A stretch of 43,856 nt of DNA from Omnitrophica bacterium GWA2_41_15 (GTDB taxonomy: Bacteria; Omnitrophota; Gorgyraeia; Gygaellales; Profunditerraquicolaceae), in contig CAKKQZ010000011.1 of NCBI GenBank assembly GCA_919902445.1, forward strand, positions 12,783 to 56,638, read 5' to 3'. The translations under genes were made by a program, and so were the position numbers. Shown here piece by piece: positions 19,501 to 27,842 of the stretch (positions are counted from its first letter, which is position 1; each line of letters begins with the position of its first letter). The notes under the pieces were generated by a model. It had not been told where the DNA came from and searched no databases. It saw only the letters and a program-made list of their open reading frames with translations.

Positions 19501-19814
19501 AATGGTTCGTAAATTATGGTTTTTTTTCTGGAAAAAAATTTTATAAATGTGCGAAAACCTTGAGTGGAAACTAACTGCCAGGCTTTATTTGCAGGAAAAA
19601 ACTCCAGGATTGAATGGTCTTTATCTTTTATGCCGAAGCTGGATATGGCCTGTCCTCGGTTAACATAGAAAGTCCACATTGGTATGCCGTATTTTCCGGC
19701 AATCCCGGGGAAGAAGTTGGCAAAGGGTTTTGAAAAATTGTAATTCTCAATTACAAATTCGCCTTCCTTAAAAAGGCAATAATTAGGTTTTTTTTCTTTA
19801 ATTTTCTTCTGCAT
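16581..19814 (-). CDS. Glycoside phosphorylase, likely GH161 beta-1,3-glucan phosphorylase family
   Basis: 1077 aa with GIPMWTFYVNRGQ, YSRKHGDLERDYN, QGNGNYRD.NQNRR, GWLENES.WLHM.YKY and ARLSGSTAEF motifs, recalled as typical of GH161. Confidence 0.75.
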   Translation of the reverse strand: MQKKIKEKKPNYCLFKEGEFVIENYNFSKPFANFFPGIAGKYGIPMWTFYVNRGQAISSFGIKDKDHSILEFFPANKAWQLVSTQGFRTFIKFFSRKKTIIYEPFSDGCVNLEFDLENRMRITSYGLILEEENLTLGLKIKVEYFNIPNDTFAGLARILTIQNLGNLPKKIQLLDGLPQIVPFGTSNLFLKKLGRTIEAWMKVENLKEGVPFYKLAVDPTDRPEVVHIKEGNFYLGFHYEKNRPKIIKPIVDAEAVFGPITDFSYPRQFLANDNFTNINNVAGGKTPSGFSFLSLELFPKQENALYSVIGYMRSIETLNASVGKITKPGYLRQKQRENITLIDGLTQDINTDSSSREFNLYSKQTYLDNVIRGGYPVIFNSAEKKSVFYLYSRKHGDLERDYNKFQIQPTYFSQGNGNYRDTNQNRRSDIWFNPDIDDDNLITFFSLLQADGFNPLVVKGITFAVNEGTDFEKILKNTVEENSIPEIAAFLSKPYTPGELILFLQDKKIKLGCPCDEFLNIIISHSTKIQGAEHAEGFWTDHWTYNLDLLESYLGLYPEKLKELFFLKRVFTFFDNTEIVKPREDKFLILGGCVKQLHSVYADPVKKELIRKRHKDAHLVRVDYGKGEVYRTTLINKLFCLLVNKLASLDPFGTGVEMEADKPNWFDALNGLPALFGSSACETFELKRLCLIIKGALDKSGSEKIHISEEILDFLTGLDGLISAYFNSGAADKDYAFWDESHTLKEKYRNKTRLGFSGSETEIDTGLLQGMVGNALDKITLGIDKALDKEKNVYYSYFINEVSEYEIIKEHFVKPLKFIQKKVPIFLEGQMHALRLAENKDTASRLHKATKTSRLYDKKLKMYKVTAPLYDMPEEIGRCRVFTPGWLENESIWLHMEYKYLLEILKQGLYEDFYAEFKNILIPFLDPKKYGRSILENSSFLVSSAFHNKALHGNGYVARLSGSTAEFLEIWLTMNVGKSPFFLNDQSELNLAFRPALPGWLFNRKGIYSFNFLSKIFVAYHNLKRKNTFGSNAAKISKIIMKDKEGKPVEIPQNTIPSPYAEQVRSRQIKNIDIYLE

Positions 19815-19877
19815 TTTTCTTGTCTGGTTAATTGACTAAGACATTTTACACAATTTAGCGCTTTTGTCCATACTTTT

Positions 19878-19946
19878 TTAATGAGTGCATAACTTACGGA
19901 GTACTCGCTTGCGCTCGTTACGACGTAAGTTATTTGCACGAATTAA
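19878..19946 (-). repeat. Family A hairpin repeat, copy A1
   Basis: GTGCATAACTTAC...GTAAGTTATTTGCAC with TTAA at both ends; core almost identical in reverse complement to 27148-27202. Confidence 0.9.
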
Positions 19947-19983
19947 CCCAGCCCCTGCACGCGGGGGCTGGGGAGGTTCGGTA

Positions 19984-20032
19984 GCATAACTTACAAACAC
20001 GTTTAGTGTGAGTAAGTTATCTGCGCGAATTA
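19984..20032 (-). repeat. Family A hairpin repeat, copy A2
   Basis: GCATAACTTAC...GTAAGTTATCTGCGCGAATTA. Confidence 0.9.
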
Positions 20033-20200
20033 TTGAGTACATAAAGTTTCTATTAGCGAAATCCCGTGTAAGCGGATGATCCCTGCATCTTGCTTTACAA
20101 GGGAACGGCGGGAGAAGTTCAGCCGCATCTTGTTTTCCTAAGGTAGTAGCGGGGAGGCCTTAGACACAACTTGCCTTTAGCAGTGATGTATTGAGAATCG

Positions 20201-20258
20201 GGGACACCCTTCGCTTCAGGTCCAAGGGTGTCCCTGCTTCATGTCCAAGGGGGTCCCT
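20201..20258. repeat. Family B-related GGGACA/TGTCCC palindrome
   Basis: GGGACACCCTT...AAGGGTGTCCC plus a partial tandem copy of the right arm. Confidence 0.7.
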
Positions 20259-20264
20259 AATATA

Positions 20265-20293
20265 TTGACTTTTTGGAAGAAGGGTGATATTAT
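20265..20293 (+). promoter_or_regulatory. Sigma70-like promoter of gatCAB
   Basis: TTGACT-17 nt-TATTAT with extended TG. Confidence 0.65.
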
Positions 20294-20317
20294 AACAGAC
20301 TAATATACCGGAGGGGT

Positions 20318-20605
20318 ATGGCAATAGATAAAAAAACAGTTGAATATGTTGCTCATTTGGCGCGTATCGAGCTTAAATCTCAGGAGTTAGAAAAACTCTC
20401 CCAGCAACTGCAGGATATCCTTAATTTTGTCGATAAGCTTAAAGAGATTAACATCAAGGATATTGCTCCTACAAGCCATATCCTGCCTATAAATAACGTG
20501 TTAAGAGAAGATATTCCTAAGGATTCGTTAGCCCCTAAAGATGCGCTCATCAATGCACCAGCCCAAGAAGGAAGCTTCTTTGTTGTCCCGAAGGTAATCG
20601 AATAA
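20318..20605 (+). CDS. gatC: Asp/Glu-tRNA amidotransferase subunit C
   Basis: VAHLARI, LRED, NAP...FFVVPKVIE. Confidence 0.96.
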   Translation: MAIDKKTVEYVAHLARIELKSQELEKLSQQLQDILNFVDKLKEINIKDIAPTSHILPINNVLREDIPKDSLAPKDALINAPAQEGSFFVVPKVIE

Positions 20606-20607
20606 AA

Positions 20608-22047
20608 ATGGAACTTTATAAATTAACCGCTCACGAACTTATCAAAAAATTAAAAAATAAAGAAACCTCTGCGCAAGAGATTTTATCTTCACTAACAATA
20701 AGGATTAAAGAAATAGATTCAAAAGTTAACGGCTATGTCAGGCGCTCGAAAGAAAATATGGACAGTCCCCTCGTTCGCTCCGAGAACGATTCTCACTCGG
20801 GGACAGTCCCTATTTCGGTTAAGGACAATATCTGCACAGAAGGCCTTAATACCGAATGTTGCTCCAAAATATTAGGCGGGTTCAATCCTCCTTACGACGC
20901 TACTGTAATCAAAAAATTAAAAGAGGCAGGCATGCCGATATTTGGCTTAAAGACCAATATGGATGAGTTTGCCTTTGGTTCATCTACTGAAAACTCTTCC
21001 TTCGGCCCTACCCATAATCCATGGAATCTGGAGTGTGTCCCCGGAGGCTCCTCAGGAGGTTCTGCAGCAGTAGTCTCAGCTGATGAAGCGATATGGGCAT
21101 TAGGCTCTGATACAGGAGGTTCTATCCGCCAGCCGGCAGCATTTTGCGGGGTTGTGGGCTTAAAACCTACTTACGGAAGGGTCTCTCGTTATGGTTTAAT
21201 TGCCTTTGCATCAAGCCTTGACCAGATCGGGCCCATTACCAAGGATGTGGAGGATTGCGCTCTATTGATGAATATTATCAGCGGTTATGACCCTAATGAT
21301 TCAACATCCTCAGATACCGATGTCCCTGATTATGCAAAAGCACTGGTAAATGATGTAAAAGGGATAAAAATAGGAATTCCAAAAGAATACTTTGTTCAAG
21401 GGCTAGACCCGGAGGTTAAGTCAATAATAGAAGAAGCTATAAATAAGTTAAAAACCCTTGGGGCTTCATCCAAAGAAGTATCTTTACCCCACACGCAATA
21501 CGCCGTTCCCGTATATTATATTATTGCAACGGCTGAGGCAAGTTCAAATCTTGCAAGATTTGACGGAGTGCAATACGGTTTCAGGTCTGGAGGGCTAACC
21601 CTCATTGAGATGTATAAAAAAACGCGCCAAGAAGGATTTGGCGAGGAAGCAAAAAGAAGGATTATATTAGGGGCTTTTTCCTTGTCACACGGCTATTACG
21701 ACGCATATTATTTACGCGCCTTAAAGGTCCGTACTCTCATAAAACAGGATTTTGACGCGGTCTTTAAAGATTTCGATTGTATTATTACCCCTACCTCTCC
21801 AACTGCGGCATTTAAAATCGGAGAAAAAGTGGCTGATCCTTTAAAAATGTATCTTTCTGATATTTACACGATATCCGTAAACCTGGCGGGGTTACCCGCG
21901 GTATCTATCCCATGCGGTTTTACTAAAAAAGGTTTACCCGTAGGATTACAAATTTTGGCCAAACCTTTTAACGAAGAAATGCTTTTCAGGGTTGCCCATA
22001 CTTATGAGGAAAATAGCGAATGGCATAAAATGAAGCCGAAGGTTTAA
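20608..22047 (+). CDS. gatA: Asp/Glu-tRNA amidotransferase subunit A
   Basis: [38 protein letters not shown]. Confidence 0.97.
   Translation: MELYKLTAHELIKKLKNKETSAQEILSSLTIRIKEIDSKVNGYVRRSKENMDSPLVRSENDSHSGTVPISVKDNICTEGLNTECCSKILGGFNPPYDATVIKKLKEAGMPIFGLKTNMDEFAFGSSTENSSFGPTHNPWNLECVPGGSSGGSAAVVSADEAIWALGSDTGGSIRQPAAFCGVVGLKPTYGRVSRYGLIAFASSLDQIGPITKDVEDCALLMNIISGYDPNDSTSSDTDVPDYAKALVNDVKGIKIGIPKEYFVQGLDPEVKSIIEEAINKLKTLGASSKEVSLPHTQYAVPVYYIIATAEASSNLARFDGVQYGFRSGGLTLIEMYKKTRQEGFGEEAKRRIILGAFSLSHGYYDAYYLRALKVRTLIKQDFDAVFKDFDCIITPTSPTAAFKIGEKVADPLKMYLSDIYTISVNLAGLPAVSIPCGFTKKGLPVGLQILAKPFNEEMLFRVAHTYEENSEWHKMKPKV
20760..20810. repeat. Family B doublet inside gatA
   Basis: GGACAGTCCCC ... 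GGGGACAGTCCC within the coding sequence. Confidence 0.75.
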
Positions 22048-22048
22048 T

Positions 22049-23482
22049 ATGGAATATGAAGTAGTTATTGGACTTGAGGTCCACCTGCATTTAAATACAA
22101 AGACAAAGGCATTCTGCGGCTGCAAAGCGGAATTTGGCAAAGAGCCGAATACTCAGGTATGCCCTGTATGCCTTGGATTTCCCGGCTCACTCCCTGTTTT
22201 TAATAAGACCGTTTTGGATTATGCTATCAAGGCCGCGCTTGCCTTGAATTGCAAGGTTCAGGAATATACAAAGTTTGACCGGAAGAATTATTTTTACCCG
22301 GACCTTCCTAAGAATTATCAAATATCCCAGTACGATTTACCTTTGTCGAAGGAAGGATTCCTGGATATTGATCTGGATGGCAAAAATAAACGTATTGGCA
22401 TAACGCGGGTGCATATGGAGGAAGACGCCGGTAAACTCATACACCGAGAGAAGGTGAGCCTGGTAGATTTCAACCGCACAGGAATCCCCCTTCTTGAGAT
22501 AGTCAGCGACCCGCATTTAAATTCACCGCAGGAGGCATACGAATACCTCTCTACTTTGAAAAGTACAATTCAATACCTGGATGTTTCCGACTGCGATATG
22601 GAAAAGGGGTCTTTACGCTGCGACGCAAACATTTCTTTAAGAAAGGCAGGCGAAAAAGAATTAGGGAGAAAAACAGAATTAAAGAATATGAATTCATTTA
22701 AAGCAGTTAAAGGCGCGCTATCTTTCGAAATACAGCGGCAGGAAGGATTATTAGATGAGGGCAAAAATATAGTTCAGGAAACAAGGCTCTGGGATCCAGG
22801 TGCTCAAGAAACCGCACCTATGCGCGCAAAAGAAGGGGCTCAGGACTATCGTTATTTTCCCGAACCGGATCTGCCGCCGCTTATAATCAGCAAAGAGAAA
22901 ATAGAAGAGATAAGAAAAACCATCCCTGAGTTGCCGAAGCAAAAATTCCTGCGTTTTATAAAAGACTACGGGTTATCTGCTTATGACGCAAAGATACTCG
23001 TTGCTTCAAAAAAAGGCGCTGATTTTGCAGAGGAATGCATGAGGGAATATCGCGGCAGCGATAAGAAAATGATTGTAAACTGGCTTATCGGCCCGGTCTC
23101 CTCCGAAGCAAATGCGAAGAACTGCGCGATTTCAGATTTAAAAGTAGCTGCAAAGGATTTGATAGAATTAGTTGGTTTCATAGAAAAAGATGAGATCTCT
23201 AACCTTTCGGCGAAAGTCGTGCTCACTGAAATGATTAACTCAGGTTTGCCGGCGCTAAAAATAATGAAAGAAAATAATTTAATCCAGATTTCAGATGCGA
23301 AGGCGTTGAATGCCATCATTGAAGAAGTTATAAAAGAGAATGAAAAATCTGTAAATGATTTTAAGTCAGGCAAAGAAGCGGCCTTGATGTTTTTGGTGGG
23401 GCAGGCGATGAAAAAAAGCGCTGGTAAGGCAAATCCGAAAACAGTCAAGAAAATGATAAAAGGGAGGCTGGCCAATGCGTAA
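22049..23482 (+). CDS. gatB: Asp/Glu-tRNA amidotransferase subunit B
   Basis: IGLEVH, FDRKNYFYPDLPK, HMEEDAGK, DYRYFPEPDL. Confidence 0.98.
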   Translation: MEYEVVIGLEVHLHLNTKTKAFCGCKAEFGKEPNTQVCPVCLGFPGSLPVFNKTVLDYAIKAALALNCKVQEYTKFDRKNYFYPDLPKNYQISQYDLPLSKEGFLDIDLDGKNKRIGITRVHMEEDAGKLIHREKVSLVDFNRTGIPLLEIVSDPHLNSPQEAYEYLSTLKSTIQYLDVSDCDMEKGSLRCDANISLRKAGEKELGRKTELKNMNSFKAVKGALSFEIQRQEGLLDEGKNIVQETRLWDPGAQETAPMRAKEGAQDYRYFPEPDLPPLIISKEKIEEIRKTIPELPKQKFLRFIKDYGLSAYDAKILVASKKGADFAEECMREYRGSDKKMIVNWLIGPVSSEANAKNCAISDLKVAAKDLIELVGFIEKDEISNLSAKVVLTEMINSGLPALKIMKENNLIQISDAKALNAIIEEVIKENEKSVNDFKSGKEAALMFLVGQAMKKSAGKANPKTVKKMIKGRLANA

Positions 23483-24737
23483 GAAGGTCCTCGCCATTTT
23501 AATTTCAGGGTTAGTAATCTTTACATTTGTTTCACTTGCCATTTCGGGAGTAGAAAAAAAGAAAAAAGACGATTTATACCGTCAGGTGGAACTTTTTGCC
23601 GATTCTCTGGCAATTGTACAAAATGAATACGTTGAGGAGGCAAAGTCAAAAGACCTGATATATGGCGCATTGAAAGGGATGCTTGCAGCGTTAGACCCTC
23701 ACAGCCAGTTCATGGACCCTGATACGTATAACGAGTTGAAGGTAGACACCGAAGGAAAGTTCGGAGGTTTAGGAATTGAGATTACCATAAAAGACGGGCT
23801 TTTGACCGTAGTGACCCCCATCGAAGATACCCCGGCATGGAAGGCCGGTATAAAAACCAATGACCGGATTGTAAAGATCAATAACGAGATAACGCGCGAT
23901 ATGAGCCTTTCTGAGGCGGTTAAAAAAATGAGGGGTAAGCCGGGAGAGGCAGTAATTCTTACGATATTACGGGAATCTGAGAAAAGGATTTTAGAATTTA
24001 AGATTGTGCGCGATATAATTAAGATCAAGGGTATAAAAGAAGCAAGGATTTTAGAAGAGGGCATTGGCTATATTCGGCTGATTGAATTCAGGGAAAATAC
24101 CCCGCAGGATATAAATATCGTTTTAGACAAACTCATCAAAGAAGGAATGGCCGGGCTCATCCTTGACTTACGCAATAATCCGGGCGGCCTTTTGGATGTG
24201 GCGGTAAAAGTAGCTGAGAGGTTTATTGAAAAGGGTAAAATAGTAGTTTATACAAAGGGCAGGCAGCCCTCACAGAACATAGAATTCATTTCCCGCTCCT
24301 CTCATCCCCTGCTTAATCTGCCAATGGTGATATTGATTAATGAGGGCTCAGCTTCCGGCAGCGAGATAGTAGCCGGGGCCCTGCAGGATTACAGGCGCGC
24401 AATAATATTAGGGACGAAATCTTTCGGAAAGGGCTCAGTGCAGACTGTCATTCCTTTAAGTGACGGTTCGGCATTGAGGCTGACTACCAGTAAATATTTT
24501 ACTCCTTTGGGAAAAGTAATCCATGGAAAAGGCGTAATGCCCGATATTGTAGTTGAAGACGGAAGGATTGAACTTGCAAAAGCCCCAGAGAAAGCCGAAG
24601 TTTCAGAAAATGTATTTGAAGAGATAAAAAGTGCGCAAATTCCGGCGAAGGAAGAAAAGCCTTTTGATTATAAATCTGATAATCAGATTATGCGCGCAGC
24701 GGATATATTAAAAGCTGTTAAATTTTACAAGAAATAA
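23475..24737 (+). CDS. ctpA: S41 family carboxyl-terminal processing protease
   Basis: Signal/TM segment, LDPHS, PDZ domain, DLRNNPGG, SASGSEI, GKGSVQ. Confidence 0.93.
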   Translation: MRKKVLAILISGLVIFTFVSLAISGVEKKKKDDLYRQVELFADSLAIVQNEYVEEAKSKDLIYGALKGMLAALDPHSQFMDPDTYNELKVDTEGKFGGLGIEITIKDGLLTVVTPIEDTPAWKAGIKTNDRIVKINNEITRDMSLSEAVKKMRGKPGEAVILTILRESEKRILEFKIVRDIIKIKGIKEARILEEGIGYIRLIEFRENTPQDINIVLDKLIKEGMAGLILDLRNNPGGLLDVAVKVAERFIEKGKIVVYTKGRQPSQNIEFISRSSHPLLNLPMVILINEGSASGSEIVAGALQDYRRAIILGTKSFGKGSVQTVIPLSDGSALRLTTSKYFTPLGKVIHGKGVMPDIVVEDGRIELAKAPEKAEVSENVFEEIKSAQIPAKEEKPFDYKSDNQIMRAADILKAVKFYKK

Positions 24738-24753
24738 AGATTTTAGTGAAAAG

Positions 24754-25533
24754 ATGCTGCGGCTAACTTTTTATAAGCTTGTTATCGGATTCTTGCTCCT
24801 TGTAATAATTATTATGGCGGTATTTATTTCTGTGAGCAGGCCAAAAAAAGCCCCACCGGTTCAAATCCCTAAGGTAAAGTGGAAGATTGCCATAGTGATT
24901 GATGATTGGGGATACACTTTAAAAAATATGCCGATAATGGATAATATAAAATATCCGCTAACTGCGGCTGTATTGCCTAATCTGCCTTATTCATCAAGAG
25001 TTGCAAAAGAATTATATGAACGCGGATTTGAAGTTATCCTACATTTACCCATGGAGCCAAAAGAGAAATATGCCTTGGAAAAGAATACAATTTTAATATC
25101 CATGGGCGAAGAAACTATCAAAAAGATTATCGCAGAGGCCTTGTCCAGTGTCAGTTATGCTAAAGGAGTTTCAAATCATCAGGGCTCTCGGGCAACCGAA
25201 GACCCCCGGATAATGGAGGTTGTTTTCAGGGAATTGAAAAAGAGGCGCCTGTATTATCTTGACAGTTTTGTAAGCCGTAATTCTGCCTGCACTGATTTGG
25301 CGCATAAGATGCATTTGCCGATTGCAAAAAGGGATATTTTCTTGGATAACTTTGAGGATCCGGTTTATATAAAACTCCAGATGAAAAAACTTAAAAATAA
25401 GGCCAGGATGCATGGTGAAGCTATAGGCATAGGCCATGACCGCAAAAATACTTTAAAAGTGATAAGCGAGGTAATGCCGCAGCTTGAAAAAGAAGGGTAT
25501 AGGTTTGTATTTTTATCGGAGCTTGAGAGATGA
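24754..25533 (+). CDS. Divergent polysaccharide deacetylase (YibQ-like)
   Basis: AIVIDDWG, LHLPMEP, NHQGS, RDIFLDN, AIGIGH. Confidence 0.92.
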   Translation: MLRLTFYKLVIGFLLLVIIIMAVFISVSRPKKAPPVQIPKVKWKIAIVIDDWGYTLKNMPIMDNIKYPLTAAVLPNLPYSSRVAKELYERGFEVILHLPMEPKEKYALEKNTILISMGEETIKKIIAEALSSVSYAKGVSNHQGSRATEDPRIMEVVFRELKKRRLYYLDSFVSRNSACTDLAHKMHLPIAKRDIFLDNFEDPVYIKLQMKKLKNKARMHGEAIGIGHDRKNTLKVISEVMPQLEKEGYRFVFLSELER

Positions 25534-26543
25534 ACGTACTGGGCATAGAGACATCATGCGATGAAACTTCTGTGTCCATAGTCAGGGATGGGAAAGAGGT
25601 TCTTTCTAACACAGTCAGCTCAAGCGAAAAGTTTCACAAAATATACGGCGGAATTGTTCCGGAGATTGCTTCGCGTATGCAGCTTGAGGCAATAACAGCT
25701 GTTAGCGATTTGGCGATAAAAGAAGGCGCGATAATGCTGAAAGATATAGACTTGATAAGTGTTACCAGCGGGCCCGGGCTTTTCGGTTCTTTGTTAACAG
25801 GAATATCATTTGCTAAAGCCCTAAGCGCCAGTTTACATATTCCGCTTTTAGGAGTGAATCACATCCATAGCCACATCTATGCCAATTTTTTAAATGGGGC
25901 TGGAGTAAAACTTCCGTTTGTGGCATTAGTAGTCTCAGGAGGGCACACAAGTTTATTTTATGTGATGGACTTTGATAAAATAGAAATACTCGGAGAAACT
26001 CAGGATGATGCCTGCGGAGAGGCATTCGATAAGGTAGCAAAAATTTTAGGGCTAGGTTATCCCGGAGGGCCGCATATAGAAAAAATGGCCCTGCGAGGCA
26101 ACCCCGAAAAATTTAAATTCCGATGTTCGGGGACAAAAAGGCCGCTTGATTTCAGCTTCAGCGGAATAAAGACAGGGGTGTTATATTATCTTAGAGATAC
26201 GGGAAGCGGGATACGGGGTCGGGGATCCGTTATCCGTTACCCGCTACCCTTAGTTAAAGACATCGCTGCTTCTTTTCAAGAAACGGTCATAGATGTGCTT
26301 ATTCGGAAATCATTTCATGCATGTAAAGCAAAAAAGGTAAACCGCCTGGTTGTGGGTGGAGGAGTGGCCGCAAATAATAGAATGAGGGGATGTTTTTTTG
26401 AAGCGGCGAAAGATTCCGGTTTTAAGTGTTGGTTTCCAGCAAAAGAACTTTGTACGGATAATGCGGCGATGGTCGCGGGGTTTGGCTATCAATTATTTAA
26501 AAAAGGTAAAATTTCTGGTTTAGATTTATCCCCCTTCGCATAA
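25530..26543 (+). CDS. tsaD: tRNA threonylcarbamoyltransferase TsaD
   Basis: GIETSCDET, H..SH, VSGGHT, DDACGEAFDK, CTDNAAM. Confidence 0.96.
   Translation: MNVLGIETSCDETSVSIVRDGKEVLSNTVSSSEKFHKIYGGIVPEIASRMQLEAITAVSDLAIKEGAIMLKDIDLISVTSGPGLFGSLLTGISFAKALSASLHIPLLGVNHIHSHIYANFLNGAGVKLPFVALVVSGGHTSLFYVMDFDKIEILGETQDDACGEAFDKVAKILGLGYPGGPHIEKMALRGNPEKFKFRCSGTKRPLDFSFSGIKTGVLYYLRDTGSGIRGRGSVIRYPLPLVKDIAASFQETVIDVLIRKSFHACKAKKVNRLVVGGGVAANNRMRGCFFEAAKDSGFKCWFPAKELCTDNAAMVAGFGYQLFKKGKISGLDLSPFA
26196..26249. repeat. Heptamer-periodic inverted tract within tsaD
   Basis: GATACGG GAAGCGG GATACGG GGTCGGG followed by ATCCGTT ATCCGTT ACCCGCT ACCC. Confidence 0.75.
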
Positions 26544-26663
26544 GACCACGTGTATGTATGTGTATGTCCGCCACAATACGTGGAGGATCCGCCATGAATT
26601 ATGGCTGAAATGCGAAGAAAGAGCTGCTTCGGGGGATGTCACTGGATGGGCAAGCCCGTGGGG
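26525..26663 (+). repeat. Family C composite palindromic repeat, copy 2
   Basis: Same ordered blocks as 12136-12255; overlaps the tsaD stop codon. Confidence 0.85.
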
Positions 26664-26699
26664 GTGCCCCATCTGCTCAATTAAATTAAGTCAAGGGAG

Positions 26700-27158
26700 G
26701 TGATCGATATGCTTAGCGACGCTCAGATTATCTTTCGTTTAATTTTAAGCGTATTCTTAAGCGGATTAATAGGCCTTGAGCGCCAAATGCATAAGCGCAC
26801 AGCAGGCCTGCGCACCCACATATTAGTATCTATGGGTTCCTGTCTTATCATGTTGACATCCTTCTATGTTTTTGATATATATAAAGATAAAGCTTCCATA
26901 GACCCTGCGCGGATAGCAGCCGGAGTAATCACGGGTATAGGTTTCTTAGGGGCGGGCGCAATTATCAGGGACAGAGCAGAAGTAAAAGGTTTGACTACGG
27001 CGGCCAGTCTTTGGGTTGTTGCAGGCATAGGTTTAGCTGTGGGGTGCGGTTTTAGCAAGGCAGCTATATATTCAACTGTATTAACACTAATAATCCTTTT
27101 CCTTTTAAGGCGGCTGGAAAGCATTATATTTTTTGAAGATAAGGATACGCGCAGATAA
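26700..27158 (+). CDS. MgtC/SapB family membrane protein
   Basis: IGLER, AGLRTH, DPARIAA.VITGIGFLGAG, GLTTAA; start may be ATG 26709. Confidence 0.92.
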   Translation: MIDMLSDAQIIFRLILSVFLSGLIGLERQMHKRTAGLRTHILVSMGSCLIMLTSFYVFDIYKDKASIDPARIAAGVITGIGFLGAGAIIRDRAEVKGLTTAASLWVVAGIGLAVGCGFSKAAIYSTVLTLIILFLLRRLESIIFFEDKDTRR

Positions 27159-27202
27159 CTTACGTCGTAACGAGCGTAAGCGAGTACTCCGTAAGTTATG
27201 CG
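27148..27202 (+). repeat. Family A hairpin repeat, copy A3
   Basis: CGCGCAGATAACTTAC...GTAAGTTATGCG; contains the mgtC-like stop codon. Confidence 0.9.
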
Positions 27203-27259
27203 GTTGAACCTATCCTTGATACGAAACGACGACATTTGAATTTGAATCTTACGTATCAA

Positions 27260-27321
27260 GGATTAATTCACACATTGACTTACTCATACTGGCGTATTCG
27301 TAAGTCAAGTGTTCATTAAGG
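27260..27321 (+). repeat. Family A variant, copy A4 (exact 62-bp duplicate of 32976-33037)
   Basis: GGATTAATTCACACATTGACTTACTCATACTGGCGTATTCGTAAGTCAAGTGTTCATTAAGG at both sites. Confidence 0.95.
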
Positions 27322-27330
27322 AGGTGTGGC

Positions 27331-27834
27331 ATGGCCTTTAAAAAGAAGGTTGAGGAAAAGATTCTTGACGTCGATGCTTCCATGCAGGGGAGCCTCATTT
27401 TTAAGGACCCGGTAAACTTGCGCATCAACGGAAAATTCGAAGGTAATTTAGAAACCAAGGGCAATTTGACAGTTGGTTCAACTGCCGTGATATCCGCTGA
27501 TATCATAGGTGATAATATTATAGTCGGCGGAAAAGTCAAGGGAAGGATTACCGCTAAGGAAAGGCTGACGCTTTTGCCTTCGGCAGTTGTAGAGGGGTCG
27601 ATTTATCCTGCGAGATTAAATATTGCTGAAGGAGCTATCCTTGAAGGCAATTGCTATATGCTCCATGATTTTTTAAATGCCGAAGAACTTGCACGCTATC
27701 TTGAGGTTGACTTAAATTCTATTATGGAATGGGCTAATTCTGGGAAGATGCCCGGTCAAAAGGAAGGTAGCGACTGGAGATTTGAGAGGAAGGCGATTGA
27801 TTCCTGGGTTGCGTCGGGTAAGATCGAAAGATAA
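27331..27834 (+). CDS. Bactofilin (polymer-forming cytoskeletal) domain fused to a C-terminal excisionase-like HTH
   Basis: Beta-helix pattern LRINGKFEGNL...IIVGGKVKGRI...LNIAEGAILEGNC, then FLNAEELARYLEV...WANSGKMPGQK.G..WRF. Confidence 0.88.
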   Translation: MAFKKKVEEKILDVDASMQGSLIFKDPVNLRINGKFEGNLETKGNLTVGSTAVISADIIGDNIIVGGKVKGRITAKERLTLLPSAVVEGSIYPARLNIAEGAILEGNCYMLHDFLNAEELARYLEVDLNSIMEWANSGKMPGQKEGSDWRFERKAIDSWVASGKIER

Positions 27835-27842
27835 AACAACCC

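Noticed and set aside
19878-20032. Repeat-spacer-repeat pattern suggesting a CRISPR array
   Set aside because: Only two diverged units per locus, the spacers are themselves palindromes, and no cas genes are in the window
20098-20130. AAGGGAA suggesting a cobalamin riboswitch
   Set aside because: No GGTG-AA-TCC loop, no CCCGC-ACTGT and no B12 box follows
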